DNA from: a virus
Lineage: Duplodnaviria > Caudoviricetes
Virus record (IMG/VR): IMGVR_UViG_3300020045_003022
Coordinates: 1-41,079 of that record
Reading direction: 5' to 3' (one strand)
Length of the DNA: 41,079 nt
The position numbers were made by a program, and so were the translations under genes. Below are positions 6,024 to 14,277 of the stretch, piece after piece (within the stretch, counting starts at the first letter, position 1; each line of letters begins with the position of its first letter). The notes beneath the pieces are model-generated. The model was not told the DNA's origin. It saw nothing but the letters and a program-made list of their open reading frames with translations, and did no database searches.

Positions 6024-7501
6024 CGAAAGAATTTACCATTAACGCAATGAATCAACGTCCGCTTGCCGTTCGCATATGTCAGGTCGTGCGTGTGCGTCCA
6101 TGCGCTAGGTGCGTCAAGGTTGTATCCCATATCCATCTGCGAGCTGGTCCCTACCGAGTGCGCGCCGTCGATAATCTCAGCGCCGTGCGAGTGGCCTTTT
6201 GTTACCTTTGCGCCGATGTTAGCGAAACCCTTAGTCGAGCCTCGCGCGCCGTTGGGGCCTTTATGACCGTGCCAGCCAAATTCAACGCCCTTGCGCGAAA
6301 ACGACTCGCCAGGCTTGAGCCAGTGCAGCTTATCGGCCTTCGACATCATGCGATCCATCCACAGCTTGAACGGGTCGCAATAACCGCCATCAAAGATAGC
6401 TCTCAGCATAGCGGCCTTAGTTTCATGGAATACAAGCGCGTTCTCAAGATCAAGCGCGTGCTCTGATTTTTCCAGCCATTGCGTGAAGTGGTCGTGATGA
6501 TTGCTGCCAACCATAACCACGGTATCAGCCAGGCCGGCGATGTCGTCCATGTATTCAGCGGTAACTTGCAGCTCAGTCAGCACGCTTGAGGTTTTCTGGC
6601 AGTGGCGCCGGAACTTCTCAAAGTACTTGGCGTGATGGCTGGCAGCTCCAAAGTCGAGCACGTCATGCGCAACGATAGTCTTAGGCTTGACCGTAGCTGT
6701 GAGCGCCTGCGTGGCCGATTTAACGCGCTTATCGGCTCGCTGCGCATGAATGTCGCCCATCGTCAGCACTTCGCACGGAGGGGCGCCCGTGATGCCTTTG
6801 GTGCTGTAGTGCTTATCCAGGTCAATAAAGCTGCCGTCATTCATCGGGCAAATGTGGCGCATGTATGTGTGATTGCCGTCAACTTCGACAACTACTGCGC
6901 CTAACGTGTGGTGAAACTGGCCTTTAGCGCCTGCGTTCGTGTCGCTGTACTGCTCAACAGTACAGGCACCAGTAGTCATTACCAGCTTTGCCGGATCGCC
7001 TACCTTGGTAGCAACTGATTTAAGTGCGATCTTGGTATGCCCAAGGATTGCCGAGTCTGTGCCGCTAACAGTTAACCAGCCCTGTATCGGGTTGATTGCG
7101 GTAGGCTGGATCTTAATGTCCGCCAGCACGACCAAGCCTTTTGCAATCTTGGTTCGCTCGTGCGTGATGAATGGCATTAGTTTCGCATCCCACCAATCGT
7201 CTGGCGTATCGTCCTGGCGCGTCGGGTTCCGGTAACGCATGGGAATGACGATCAATTGCGCGCCACGTTCGGCGCAATAAGCAATCATCGTCCGCAAGAA
7301 TGCGCCGTGCGCCTTTGTCGCGTTAACCGCTGCCGTGATTAGGTAAGTCTTTGCGCTGGCGTTCTTTGGCGGTTCTCCCATATAAAGTCCGCGCGTTTCG
7401 TTGAATGTAACTCCGCACCCCCTACAAGTAAGGCGCCGATTGGCGCCCCTGTAGGAATGAATGCGGTGCTCGGTACATCTGCAATCCGGGCACCCAATCA
7501 T
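6020..7501 (-). CDS. T5 A1-like protein: calcineurin-like metallophosphoesterase nuclease with N-terminal Zn-ribbon
   Basis: GDIH, HDVLD, GSNH, HGH and GHSH motifs. The C-terminus MDMGYN...WTHTH.LTYANGKRTLI...NGKFF matches my recollection of T5 A1. CPDC...CRGC at the N-terminus. Confidence 0.85.
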   Translation of the reverse strand: MIGCPDCRCTEHRIHSYRGANRRLTCRGCGVTFNETRGLYMGEPPKNASAKTYLITAAVNATKAHGAFLRTMIAYCAERGAQLIVIPMRYRNPTRQDDTPDDWWDAKLMPFITHERTKIAKGLVVLADIKIQPTAINPIQGWLTVSGTDSAILGHTKIALKSVATKVGDPAKLVMTTGACTVEQYSDTNAGAKGQFHHTLGAVVVEVDGNHTYMRHICPMNDGSFIDLDKHYSTKGITGAPPCEVLTMGDIHAQRADKRVKSATQALTATVKPKTIVAHDVLDFGAASHHAKYFEKFRRHCQKTSSVLTELQVTAEYMDDIAGLADTVVMVGSNHHDHFTQWLEKSEHALDLENALVFHETKAAMLRAIFDGGYCDPFKLWMDRMMSKADKLHWLKPGESFSRKGVEFGWHGHKGPNGARGSTKGFANIGAKVTKGHSHGAEIIDGAHSVGTSSQMDMGYNLDAPSAWTHTHDLTYANGKRTLIHCVNGKFFR

Positions 7502-8113
7502 TTATTCGCCCGCCTTGTGGATGCGGTAGGCGATGATCTTGTATTCAGGCTCTGGACAATGTACGCCCCAGCCGTTCCAGCCTTCTGGATATTTGTCGCG
7601 GCGGACTTTACCACCCTGAAACTTTACAGATACATCGTCACCATCATCCACCGGACACTCCCCGCCATCCCACTTGATCCGGCCGTCTGCGTCGGCAACT
7701 GGAATGGTATTCATGAATTGCGCTGCTGATTCTGCGCATGATGCACCAATCGAATCAAGAGCGGCTTTAACGTTCGCTGCACTGGCCTTATTGAATGCTT
7801 CAATTCTATCGGCTAGCGTAACTGGTGACGCGGTGTCACAGGATCGAGCAGCAAACGCACACTCACCACGCAAAGCAGCATAGGCGGCCTCGTCTTCGTA
7901 GTTGTCAGCCTTGAACTCACCTTGCTGGCTTCGAACCATTTTAAGCAGGCCCATAAACAGCCAGCCTTGTTCCTCTGTCATCTCGACGCCAGACACGCAC
8001 TTGAAGGCGCCAACGGTGGCCGCCATTGAGCGTTCGCCGGTCGGCTTATCGTATGTAGCTGCACGGTCTTGCATGTGGCCTATGCCGGCCTGTAAGAAGT
8101 CTTGTGCTTTCAT
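7502..8113 (-). CDS. DUF6378-like protein fused to a C-terminal WxGGECP...IIAYR module
   Basis: DRAATYD...LLKMVR...DNYEDEAAYAAL pattern; start re-assigned to MKAQDF. Confidence 0.75.
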   Translation of the reverse strand: MKAQDFLQAGIGHMQDRAATYDKPTGERSMAATVGAFKCVSGVEMTEEQGWLFMGLLKMVRSQQGEFKADNYEDEAAYAALRGECAFAARSCDTASPVTLADRIEAFNKASAANVKAALDSIGASCAESAAQFMNTIPVADADGRIKWDGGECPVDDGDDVSVKFQGGKVRRDKYPEGWNGWGVHCPEPEYKIIAYRIHKAGE

Positions 8114-8259
8114 TTCTGATACTCCACCCATGAATAGCCAAACAGCGTACGGCACTGGCCGCTTGCCATGTAGATAACAAGCCCGCAGAAATCAAGCTTT
8201 ACGATCTGCGCAGACTCATAGAAGTTAAACCCGATGAATCTAAACTTCCTTGCTTTCAT
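8110..8259 (-). CDS. Hypothetical protein (49 aa; not in ORF track)
   Basis: MKARKFRFIGFNFYESAQ..., ATGA-coupled on both sides. Confidence 0.5.
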   Translation of the reverse strand: MKARKFRFIGFNFYESAQIVKLDFCGLVIYMASGQCRTLFGYSWVEYQK

Positions 8260-8346
8260 ACCAACCACCCCGCCAAATAGAAAATAGAAACCGCGCCAAC
8301 AAACAGCGCCATTGATACCACGCCTAGTGCAAGCAGCGCCACATAT

Positions 8347-8577
8347 TTATTTTGCATCTAGCTTTTCCTTGCGACGTGCGCGCTGACCTTCGTAGGCTGT
8401 CGGGTTGACGAGCTGGTATAGGCGGGATCGGCTGATTTTGTATTTAGCCAGCAAGTCTGACACTGGCACGCCGCGCCCGTAGTCGCTAAGTAGCACTTCG
8501 TTTCGTTCTGCTTTCATTGGCCCGGATTCCTGTAAACCATCATTGCGAAAAATAGTATGGCGATCATTCGTCGTCAT
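8347..8577 (-). CDS. Small HTH protein resembling the Mor/C activator DNA-binding domain
   Basis: RNEVLLSDYGRGVPVSDLLAKYKISRSRLYQLV. Confidence 0.6.
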   Translation of the reverse strand: MTTNDRHTIFRNDGLQESGPMKAERNEVLLSDYGRGVPVSDLLAKYKISRSRLYQLVNPTAYEGQRARRKEKLDAK

Positions 8578-8722
8578 CCTCAGTCAGTGCGAAACCGCAA
8601 TAAGGGCAAACGCCTTCGACATACTCAGCGCGCTCAGGCGAGAATTTCTCATCGCACCAGCCGCACTTCATCGCAGGCGGATCGTCTGGCAGGTCGATTG
8701 GGTTGGATTGGTTAGAGCGCAT
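8564..8722 (-). CDS. Small Zn-finger protein
   Basis: CGWC...CPYC with an acidic tail; start probably MRSNQ. Confidence 0.6.
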   Translation of the reverse strand: MRSNQSNPIDLPDDPPAMKCGWCDEKFSPERAEYVEGVCPYCGFALTEDDDE

Positions 8723-8927
8723 GTTCTGAAAGCTCCTTGCGACGATAAGCGCAGGCATTGTCCGCCATAGCTGAAATCCTCTGATACTCTGTCCATGTAA
8801 TCATGCTCATTTCAAGCATTGCGCCAATGTATCCGACCACGCACATTCTCTGTGCGTGAGCATTAAACTCTGCATTACGAACCATATGCAGCCGATGTTT
8901 CAAGCTGTCCATATCCATGTTAGCCAC
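8712..8927 (-). CDS. Hypothetical protein (71 aa)
   Basis: ORF with GGAG RBS; candidate promoter TAGCCA-17-TAGACT at 8946-8974. Confidence 0.65.
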   Translation of the reverse strand: MANMDMDSLKHRLHMVRNAEFNAHAQRMCVVGYIGAMLEMSMITWTEYQRISAMADNACAYRRKELSEHAL

Positions 8928-8948
8928 TCCAATTATTGAGCGCCTAGT

Positions 8949-9137
8949 CTAGTACAACCCGTCACGCTTGGCTAGACAAATCGCCTTAGAAAGCCGCTCT
9001 TTATTCAACGAAAACCGACCAGCGACACCGGATAAGGTGCCGCCGTTTTCTATCAGTTCGTAGCAGCGGGCGAGCAGGTCAATCTGCACGCCATTTATGC
9101 TGGTTTTTAAGCTGCCTGGCTTTGCTGCATTTTTCAT
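8949..9137 (-). CDS. Hypothetical HTH-like protein; start uncertain
   Basis: LARCYELIENGGTLSGVAGRFSLNKERLSKAI helical pattern. Confidence 0.5.
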   Translation of the reverse strand: MKNAAKPGSLKTSINGVQIDLLARCYELIENGGTLSGVAGRFSLNKERLSKAICLAKRDGLY

Positions 9138-9249
9138 GGCTTCCTCTGTTGCGGTATTTTCCGCACTGGTCGCAAATGTAGTGCACCTCAAGCGCCCGAA
9201 CTGCTAGCTGGCGCGGTTTTGTTGCGGCGGTGTAGTTTATTAGGGGCAT
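9079..9249 (-). CDS. Small Cys/His protein (56 aa; not in ORF track)
   Basis: MPLINYT...ICDQCGKYRNRGSHEKCSKARQ, a motif common in Pseudomonas phages; TGATG-coupled. Confidence 0.6.
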   Translation of the reverse strand: MPLINYTAATKPRQLAVRALEVHYICDQCGKYRNRGSHEKCSKARQLKNQHKWRAD

Positions 9250-9401
9250 CAGTCGTTATCCTTACTACCGGTGATAATCTGAGCCGCTTTCTTGCCAAGC
9301 AGCCTACCGTAGTGAGTTGCGTGCAGCCAAAGGTTAAACGCCAGCCAGGCCCACATGCTGAGCGCCAAAACAAGCATGACAAATTCGATAATCATCACTA
9401 G
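9249..9401 (-). CDS. Small membrane protein
   Basis: MIIEFVMLVLALSMWAWLAFNLWL hydrophobic stretch; coupled to its neighbours. Confidence 0.55.
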   Translation of the reverse strand, partial: LVMIIEFVMLVLALSMWAWLAFNLWLHATHYGRLLGKKAAQIITGSKDND

Positions 9402-9709
9402 CACCCCGCAGCTTTGGCGCGGGACTTGGCGCAGGCTTTCCAAATTCGCCATTTCTCGTTGTACGGGTGCCGCTTCTCACGACCAGAGCGCGGGCATTCT
9501 TGGAAGTAATACACTCCGTTGAAACCGTCGCAGCTTGGCGGCATCGGCTCCGAAGCCTCAAACGACGCCCGCTCCTTTCCCTCGTCGTAGGCGTGGCTGG
9601 CTAGGTGGTCGGCGTGCAGGACGTAATCCCCGTAGGCAACAACCTCCATTGATTGCTGCGCAGAATGGTAAGACTGTGCAATTTCATACCGATTTATCGT
9701 CGCGCTCAT
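9398..9709 (-). CDS. Hypothetical protein (103 aa)
   Basis: GDYVLHADH...ERASFEA...WKACAK phage motifs. Confidence 0.7.
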   Translation of the reverse strand: MSATINRYEIAQSYHSAQQSMEVVAYGDYVLHADHLASHAYDEGKERASFEASEPMPPSCDGFNGVYYFQECPRSGREKRHPYNEKWRIWKACAKSRAKAAGC

Positions 9710-9903
9710 GGCTTGGCCTCGATAACTTTTTTCAGTTGTTCATCACTCATGCTTTCTGCTTGTCGCATGGCGTGCAGCCAGTCTCGCCACTCCTTTGCGC
9801 TGGCGTTTCGCGCCGGCTTTGGTTTCAGTGATTTCACTGCATCAACAAGGCGCTGATGATTAACCATCTCGTCGTACTGTCCTGCTCTCAGGAAAGCCAT
9901 CAC
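9706..9903 (-). CDS. Hypothetical protein (65 aa)
   Basis: Coupled ORF in the operon. Confidence 0.6.
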   Translation of the reverse strand: MMAFLRAGQYDEMVNHQRLVDAVKSLKPKPARNASAKEWRDWLHAMRQAESMSDEQLKKVIEAKP

Positions 9904-10529
9904 ACACCGCCCTTGCCGTTGAGGCGCGCGACTTCATTCAGGCAACCATTCCACCCGGCTTTGTAATTCTTGCTGCCGCGATCAATCGTCGTAAATGGCT
10001 CAGTTTTCATCCGCTCAGGCATCACAACCGCCCGCGCTTGCAGCGCCGCGACACCCTCTGCGCCATCAGCGTAGCCAATTGGCATACCTAGCGCCTGCGC
10101 TAGACCAACCTCGATACGGGCGCCGTTTGATTTACTCCATCCCGGCAGCAAGTGAATGCTTGCGCATGTCGCTATCCGGCCAAGGTCGTAGCGCATGTAG
10201 TCCTCCCATGTTGCGCCTTCGACAAGGCCATGCTCGGCCGGATTTTCAACGTGTAGACCTTCGGCGCGCAGTCGCGTCGCTTCGGCATTGAAAGCTGGGA
10301 AGTTGTAGTCTGCGTAGCCTGTCATTGGCCCTGCAAGATAGATGCGACGGACACGGCTATCAGCTAACTCGATTACTACAGGCACCTCGCCCGCAGGCTG
10401 GGCGCTGACTGACTGGGATGGGCCGAGCGCCGCCGTAATACGCGCAATTGCTTCGTCGGTGGTGCTTCGCTCGTGATAAACCTCAGAAAACTCCCGGCGC
10501 AGCATCTCAATCATCACTTGCTCACTCAT
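9900..10529 (-). CDS. DUF4406 (nucleoside 2-deoxyribosyltransferase-like fold) domain protein
   Basis: RIYLAGPMTGYADYNFPAF...NPAE...WEDYMR.DL...IHLLPGW.KS.GARIE. Confidence 0.85.
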   Translation of the reverse strand: MSEQVMIEMLRREFSEVYHERSTTDEAIARITAALGPSQSVSAQPAGEVPVVIELADSRVRRIYLAGPMTGYADYNFPAFNAEATRLRAEGLHVENPAEHGLVEGATWEDYMRYDLGRIATCASIHLLPGWSKSNGARIEVGLAQALGMPIGYADGAEGVAALQARAVVMPERMKTEPFTTIDRGSKNYKAGWNGCLNEVARLNGKGGV

Positions 10530-11064
10530 CGCCTTGGCCCTCAGTGGTAGATGGCGCAGGGGCGGCCGCGAGCATGGCGTCGATTTCGCGGAGTCTTTCT
10601 TGTGCGTCTTCGTAGTAGGACGGGTCGCAGCCGCGCAGGTTTGCCCAAATCAGTTTTTGGCAGGCATCGAGGTCACGGTGTATCCGCTTGAGCCAGTTTG
10701 TTGATACAGCAATCCCCTGCTGCTCGGCGCTTACCACTGGGGCGGCGTAGAGCGGCGCTAGATTGCCGACTGGGTTCTGCTTGCCGAACGCATAGCAGCA
10801 CTCGTCGCCAGTCAAGGTTGCCAGCACGTCTTTTTTTATCCACGCCGCCGGCTCCTGCGCTTTGAGGGCGGCAAGCTCGGCCTGATATTCAAACGCGGCT
10901 TTTTGCATTATTTCTGCACACTTTCTTGCCTCTGCAAGATCGTCTTCCACTGCAATTGCTTTTTCGCGCCAGAAGTCACGGCTGTTCGTAAGCCCAACAA
11001 TTACTTCTGATCGGTTTTTAAGTTCCAGCTCCAGAAAACCAATTAACTGCTCTGATCGTTTCAT
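10522..11064 (-). CDS. Ea22/Ead-like mosaic hypothetical protein
   Basis: Coiled coil plus AQEPAAW...PLYAAP...AMLAAAPAP modules. Confidence 0.65.
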   Translation of the reverse strand: MKRSEQLIGFLELELKNRSEVIVGLTNSRDFWREKAIAVEDDLAEARKCAEIMQKAAFEYQAELAALKAQEPAAWIKKDVLATLTGDECCYAFGKQNPVGNLAPLYAAPVVSAEQQGIAVSTNWLKRIHRDLDACQKLIWANLRGCDPSYYEDAQERLREIDAMLAAAPAPSTTEGQGDE

Positions 11065-11090
11065 GGTAAATCCTCATTAGTTGAGCCGCG

Positions 11091-11129
11091 ATCATCGCCT
11101 AGCTCGCGGCGTTTGTCTAGGTTTATTTA
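11091..11129 (-). promoter_or_regulatory. sigma70-like promoter TAGACA-17-GATGAT with AAATAAACC, overlapped by a GCCGCGA/TCGCGGC inverted repeat
   Basis: Shared motif class. Confidence 0.6.
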
Positions 11130-11456
11130 CATGGATTGGCCGATTTGTGCGGCGGCCAGGACGATGGCGCGGCGGGTTGCGGCGTAAATGTCAACCTCTG
11201 CGCAAGCTTCTTCTTTCCATGGGGCTGAATCTACAGCGCCAACATAAACAGTTTTGTCGCTGTACTTGCTCCGTTCAATTTCAAGCTTTAACGCAACCGC
11301 CAACCGCAGCGCGTCACCATCGTCGGTTAGCGGGTTCCAATGTTCCTCCGCTGAGCCTGTGATTGGGTTAAAGAATACCATCCGGATACCAACCCACCCT
11401 TTGACGTGCAAGCCAGCAGCCTTAGCCGCCAACTCCAACAATTCCAGATCATTCAT
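11127..11456 (-). CDS. Phage ABA-sandwich/NinX-like protein
   Basis: LELAAKAAG...WNPLTDDGDALRLAV...ATRRAIV. Confidence 0.7.
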   Translation of the reverse strand: MNDLELLELAAKAAGLHVKGWVGIRMVFFNPITGSAEEHWNPLTDDGDALRLAVALKLEIERSKYSDKTVYVGAVDSAPWKEEACAEVDIYAATRRAIVLAAAQIGQSM

Positions 11457-11508
11457 CGCATTTCTCCGTTTTGTTATAAAGTAACGTTTTAGCCAGAAAT
11501 TAGAGCTG

Positions 11509-11688
11509 TTACTCTAAACGTCCGCGCAAACATGGCTGCTGATTTGCGTAATGCTCAAGCCTCGCCTGATCCCGCTCATCAAGCACTCCAGACCTCAAAT
11601 ATCGCTCTTTTATGCGGGTTGCGGCTGCGATGGTCTGTAATGGGTATCCTTCACGCAGCAGGATGGCTAGTATTTCGGCGCTGGTCAT
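11509..11688 (-). CDS. Small HTH-like protein (59 aa; not in ORF track)
   Basis: MTSAEILAILLREGYPLQTIAAATRIKERYLR; ATGA-coupled. Confidence 0.55.
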   Translation of the reverse strand: MTSAEILAILLREGYPLQTIAAATRIKERYLRSGVLDERDQARLEHYANQQPCLRGRLE

Positions 11689-11936
11689 TTCGTGCGCACT
11701 CCGGTTGATTCGATGGCGGATATAACGTCCTTACCCTGCATTGATCCGTCAGTCATTCGCATATATGGCAACTCCACACGCAAAGCTGCGCGGCTAGCGG
11801 TCCAGACTTCTAAACGATCCATCCAAAGCCAAAACAAAGTATGGCCCGCATATGATTGCGTTACTTCATTCCAGTGCATTCCCGCTTCCAGTGGGTAAGC
11901 CTTTTCAAACTCTTCCCGCATCTTTTCGTTACTCAT
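11685..11936 (-). CDS. Conserved hypothetical protein (MREEFE...WTASRAALRVELP family)
   Basis: Motif common in Pseudomonas phages. Confidence 0.75.
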   Translation of the reverse strand: MSNEKMREEFEKAYPLEAGMHWNEVTQSYAGHTLFWLWMDRLEVWTASRAALRVELPYMRMTDGSMQGKDVISAIESTGVRTK

Positions 11937-12247
11937 TTCGCTTGCTCCATTACTGAATCAATTGCCGCGTCAAATCCATCTGGCGTATAAGTTCTAAATG
12001 GAGATATCGGGTCACTAACGCACGGCATTTGCGTATGCGAGCATCTGGCTTTACCGCTAAGCGAATGACGAAGCGCTCGATAACGCCCAGCATCCTTGCG
12101 CAGCTCTGCGTTTTCGGCGCGCAGGGTGCGGATCTCACGCGCCAGATGTTCGAGCGTGCTACCGAACGTAAAACCCTGTTTTTCAATCTCTCCCAGCAAC
12201 TCATCGGTAAGCGTTTGTACCGCTGCTGTCGTTTCCATCTCAGTCAC
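11933..12247 (-). CDS. Ead/Ea22-like hypothetical protein
   Basis: LRAENAELRKDAGRYRALR...DAAID. Confidence 0.7.
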   Translation of the reverse strand: MTEMETTAAVQTLTDELLGEIEKQGFTFGSTLEHLAREIRTLRAENAELRKDAGRYRALRHSLSGKARCSHTQMPCVSDPISPFRTYTPDGFDAAIDSVMEQAK

Positions 12248-12275
12248 CCCTCATCCGGTCAATTTCCGTCTAGTG

Positions 12276-12303
12276 ATAGTAGCTTGTCTAGTATGCTAGT
12301 CAA
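12276..12303 (-). promoter_or_regulatory. sigma70 promoter TTGACT-16-TACTAT containing a CTAGACAA box
   Basis: Consensus-like hexamers in the intergenic gap; a second CTAGAC lies at 12268-12273. Confidence 0.6.
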
Positions 12304-12307
12304 GCAA

Positions 12308-12658
12308 TTAATCCACATCTTCGTAAATTTTTACAACGACTTTACCGCCTGGAAATTTACCCCTTGTGCGCACCCGAAGCTGAAACCGTATGTCGTCAAG
12401 CTCAAGCGCCTCTGCAATTCCGTCGCGGCCAGCCTTGAAGCTTGCAATCATGTTGTCGTCGTCTCTACGGCGGTTATCAGGAGGAAAGAACTCTAGGTCT
12501 AACACTAGGTCGCCATCGGGCACATCGTGCGCAGACTGGCTTGCAATGTACTTGCATATTGCTCGATATTGCTTAATCCAACCCATTTTTGCAGCCCAGC
12601 CCATTTTCTGATTTGGGTTAAGCTCTTTTGGCGGATAAGGCACTGTTATTTCTATCAT
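12308..12658 (-). CDS. rusA: RusA-like Holliday junction resolvase
   Basis: PYPPKELNPN...FFPPDNRRRDDDNMIASFKAGRDGIA...DD. Confidence 0.85.
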   Translation of the reverse strand: MIEITVPYPPKELNPNQKMGWAAKMGWIKQYRAICKYIASQSAHDVPDGDLVLDLEFFPPDNRRRDDDNMIASFKAGRDGIAEALELDDIRFQLRVRTRGKFPGGKVVVKIYEDVD

Positions 12659-12909
12659 TTCTTCCCCCTGATTAGCGCGTTCAAATTTGCGCGTGTAGCC
12701 GCCTCAATATCAGGCCGCGCCATCAATTGTCGCTCGATCCAAATCCTCGGCTTCGACTTCAACAGCGAAAACAGATAACTGGCACGCTTCTTGCTTTCGT
12801 TGTGTCGCTCCAAGCATTCCGCGTGAAACTTCTGAATGGCTGCTCTCTCGGCAGTCGAAAGGTTCGCCAAATTGTGCCCAGCATTATCCGCAGATAAAGT
12901 CATTGTCAT
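12655..12909 (-). CDS. Hypothetical protein (84 aa)
   Basis: ORF between dnaB and rusA. Confidence 0.65.
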   Translation of the reverse strand: MTMTLSADNAGHNLANLSTAERAAIQKFHAECLERHNESKKRASYLFSLLKSKPRIWIERQLMARPDIEAATRANLNALIRGKK

Positions 12910-12915
12910 GCACCT

Positions 12916-14277
12916 TTAAAATTCCATGCCGCGACGTGACGGCTTGCTGTCTTGCTTCTTTTCCTCTGGCGGTTCATAGCCAGAGTCAAGCGGCATAAAC
13001 CGTGCATACTTACCCTGAAACTGCGCGTAGATCGTCTTAGCCTCGCACTCCCGCGCAATGCCGATGATGATTTCTGCGATTCCCTTGCGCTCTGTGTTTT
13101 CGTTGTAAACCTCATCGCGGTAGACAAAAACAACCATATCCGCATCTTGCTCAATACTGCCAGAGTCTCGCAGATCAGACGGAACAGGTCGTTTATTCGG
13201 TCGCTGCTCAAGTGCGCGGTTTAGCTGAGATAGCAGGATAACCGGGATTTTCAGTTCTTTTGCCAGAAGTTTTGCCTGCCGTGAAATCTCCGTGACCTTT
13301 GCCACTTGATTCATTTTCGGGTCATCTGCATCTAGCAGACCCAAGTGGTCAATCATCAGCATGTCAAGACCATTGCGGCGTTTGTGCCTGCGTGCCATTG
13401 AGCGAATACGGCGCATTGTCAGCCCTGGCCGATCAGACAAAGTAATCCGGGCGCCTTTGATCTTTGCGCTTGCTGCCATCAATCCCGTAGTGTGGTCGAA
13501 CAGCACTGAGCCGTCTTTCATCGCATCGAGCGGAATTGAACCCTCAGCAGCAATCAGACGGTCCATTAGCTGCCGGTTGCTCATCTCCAGACTGATAACC
13601 AGCACTTCCTTTTTCTGCCGGATCGCAGCGTCTCGCACAATGTCCATGGCGAACGTGGTTTTGCCCATCTTCGGGCGACCAGCGATGATAACCAGCTGCT
13701 CAGGCTGCAACCCGCCCGTGTGCTCGTCAAAGTCTTTAAGGCCCGTGCAAATGCCAGAGATTGCGCCGCCCTGATTCATGCGCTGTTCAAGCAGGTCAAC
13801 GTGAGCGGTCAACACGTCAAAAACCGTAACCGTTTCCGATGTTGCCGACTCGCCATCAATCGCAAGAATCTCGCCCTGTGCCTGCGCGATTTTGTCAGCA
13901 GTATCTGCCGTGCTGTGCGCGATTTCGTGAATCTCTCGCGCGGCTGCTATCAAAGCACGGTCTAAAGCCCTCTCTCGCACGATCCTAGCGTATTGCTCGG
14001 CATTGGCGGTACTAGGTGTGCCCTGCTGCAATTGCGCAGCGTATACGAGCGCTGGTGAGCCGTCGGACATTGTGCCGATCTGCTCGGCGACAGTCAGAAA
14101 ATCAATCGGCAGGTTCTGAGCATTAAGCGCCATGATCGCGCTGAAAATCTCGGCGTTATCTGACCAGTAGAAGTCTTTCTCTGTCACGTCCGCCGATAGC
14201 AGGTCGATCAGCTCGGGGCTAATCATCATGGCGCCTAAAACGCTCTGTTCTGCTTCCAGGCTGAATGGATCACGCAT
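12916..14277 (-). CDS. dnaB: Replicative DNA helicase, DnaB family
   Basis: EAEQSVLG, GRPKMGKT, SLEM, LSQLNRALEQRPNKRP, DLRDSGSIEQDAD. Confidence 0.97.
   Translation of the reverse strand: MRDPFSLEAEQSVLGAMMISPELIDLLSADVTEKDFYWSDNAEIFSAIMALNAQNLPIDFLTVAEQIGTMSDGSPALVYAAQLQQGTPSTANAEQYARIVRERALDRALIAAAREIHEIAHSTADTADKIAQAQGEILAIDGESATSETVTVFDVLTAHVDLLEQRMNQGGAISGICTGLKDFDEHTGGLQPEQLVIIAGRPKMGKTTFAMDIVRDAAIRQKKEVLVISLEMSNRQLMDRLIAAEGSIPLDAMKDGSVLFDHTTGLMAASAKIKGARITLSDRPGLTMRRIRSMARRHKRRNGLDMLMIDHLGLLDADDPKMNQVAKVTEISRQAKLLAKELKIPVILLSQLNRALEQRPNKRPVPSDLRDSGSIEQDADMVVFVYRDEVYNENTERKGIAEIIIGIARECEAKTIYAQFQGKYARFMPLDSGYEPPEEKKQDSKPSRRGMEF

Noticed and set aside
11486-11519. GTTTTAGCCAGAAATTAGAGCTGTTACTCTAAAC resembles a type II CRISPR repeat (solitary repeat/RNA anti-CRISPR idea)
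   Set aside because: Single copy, overlaps a stop codon, no match to a repeat I know, and no array or cas genes. A CRISPR-repeat database search would settle it.
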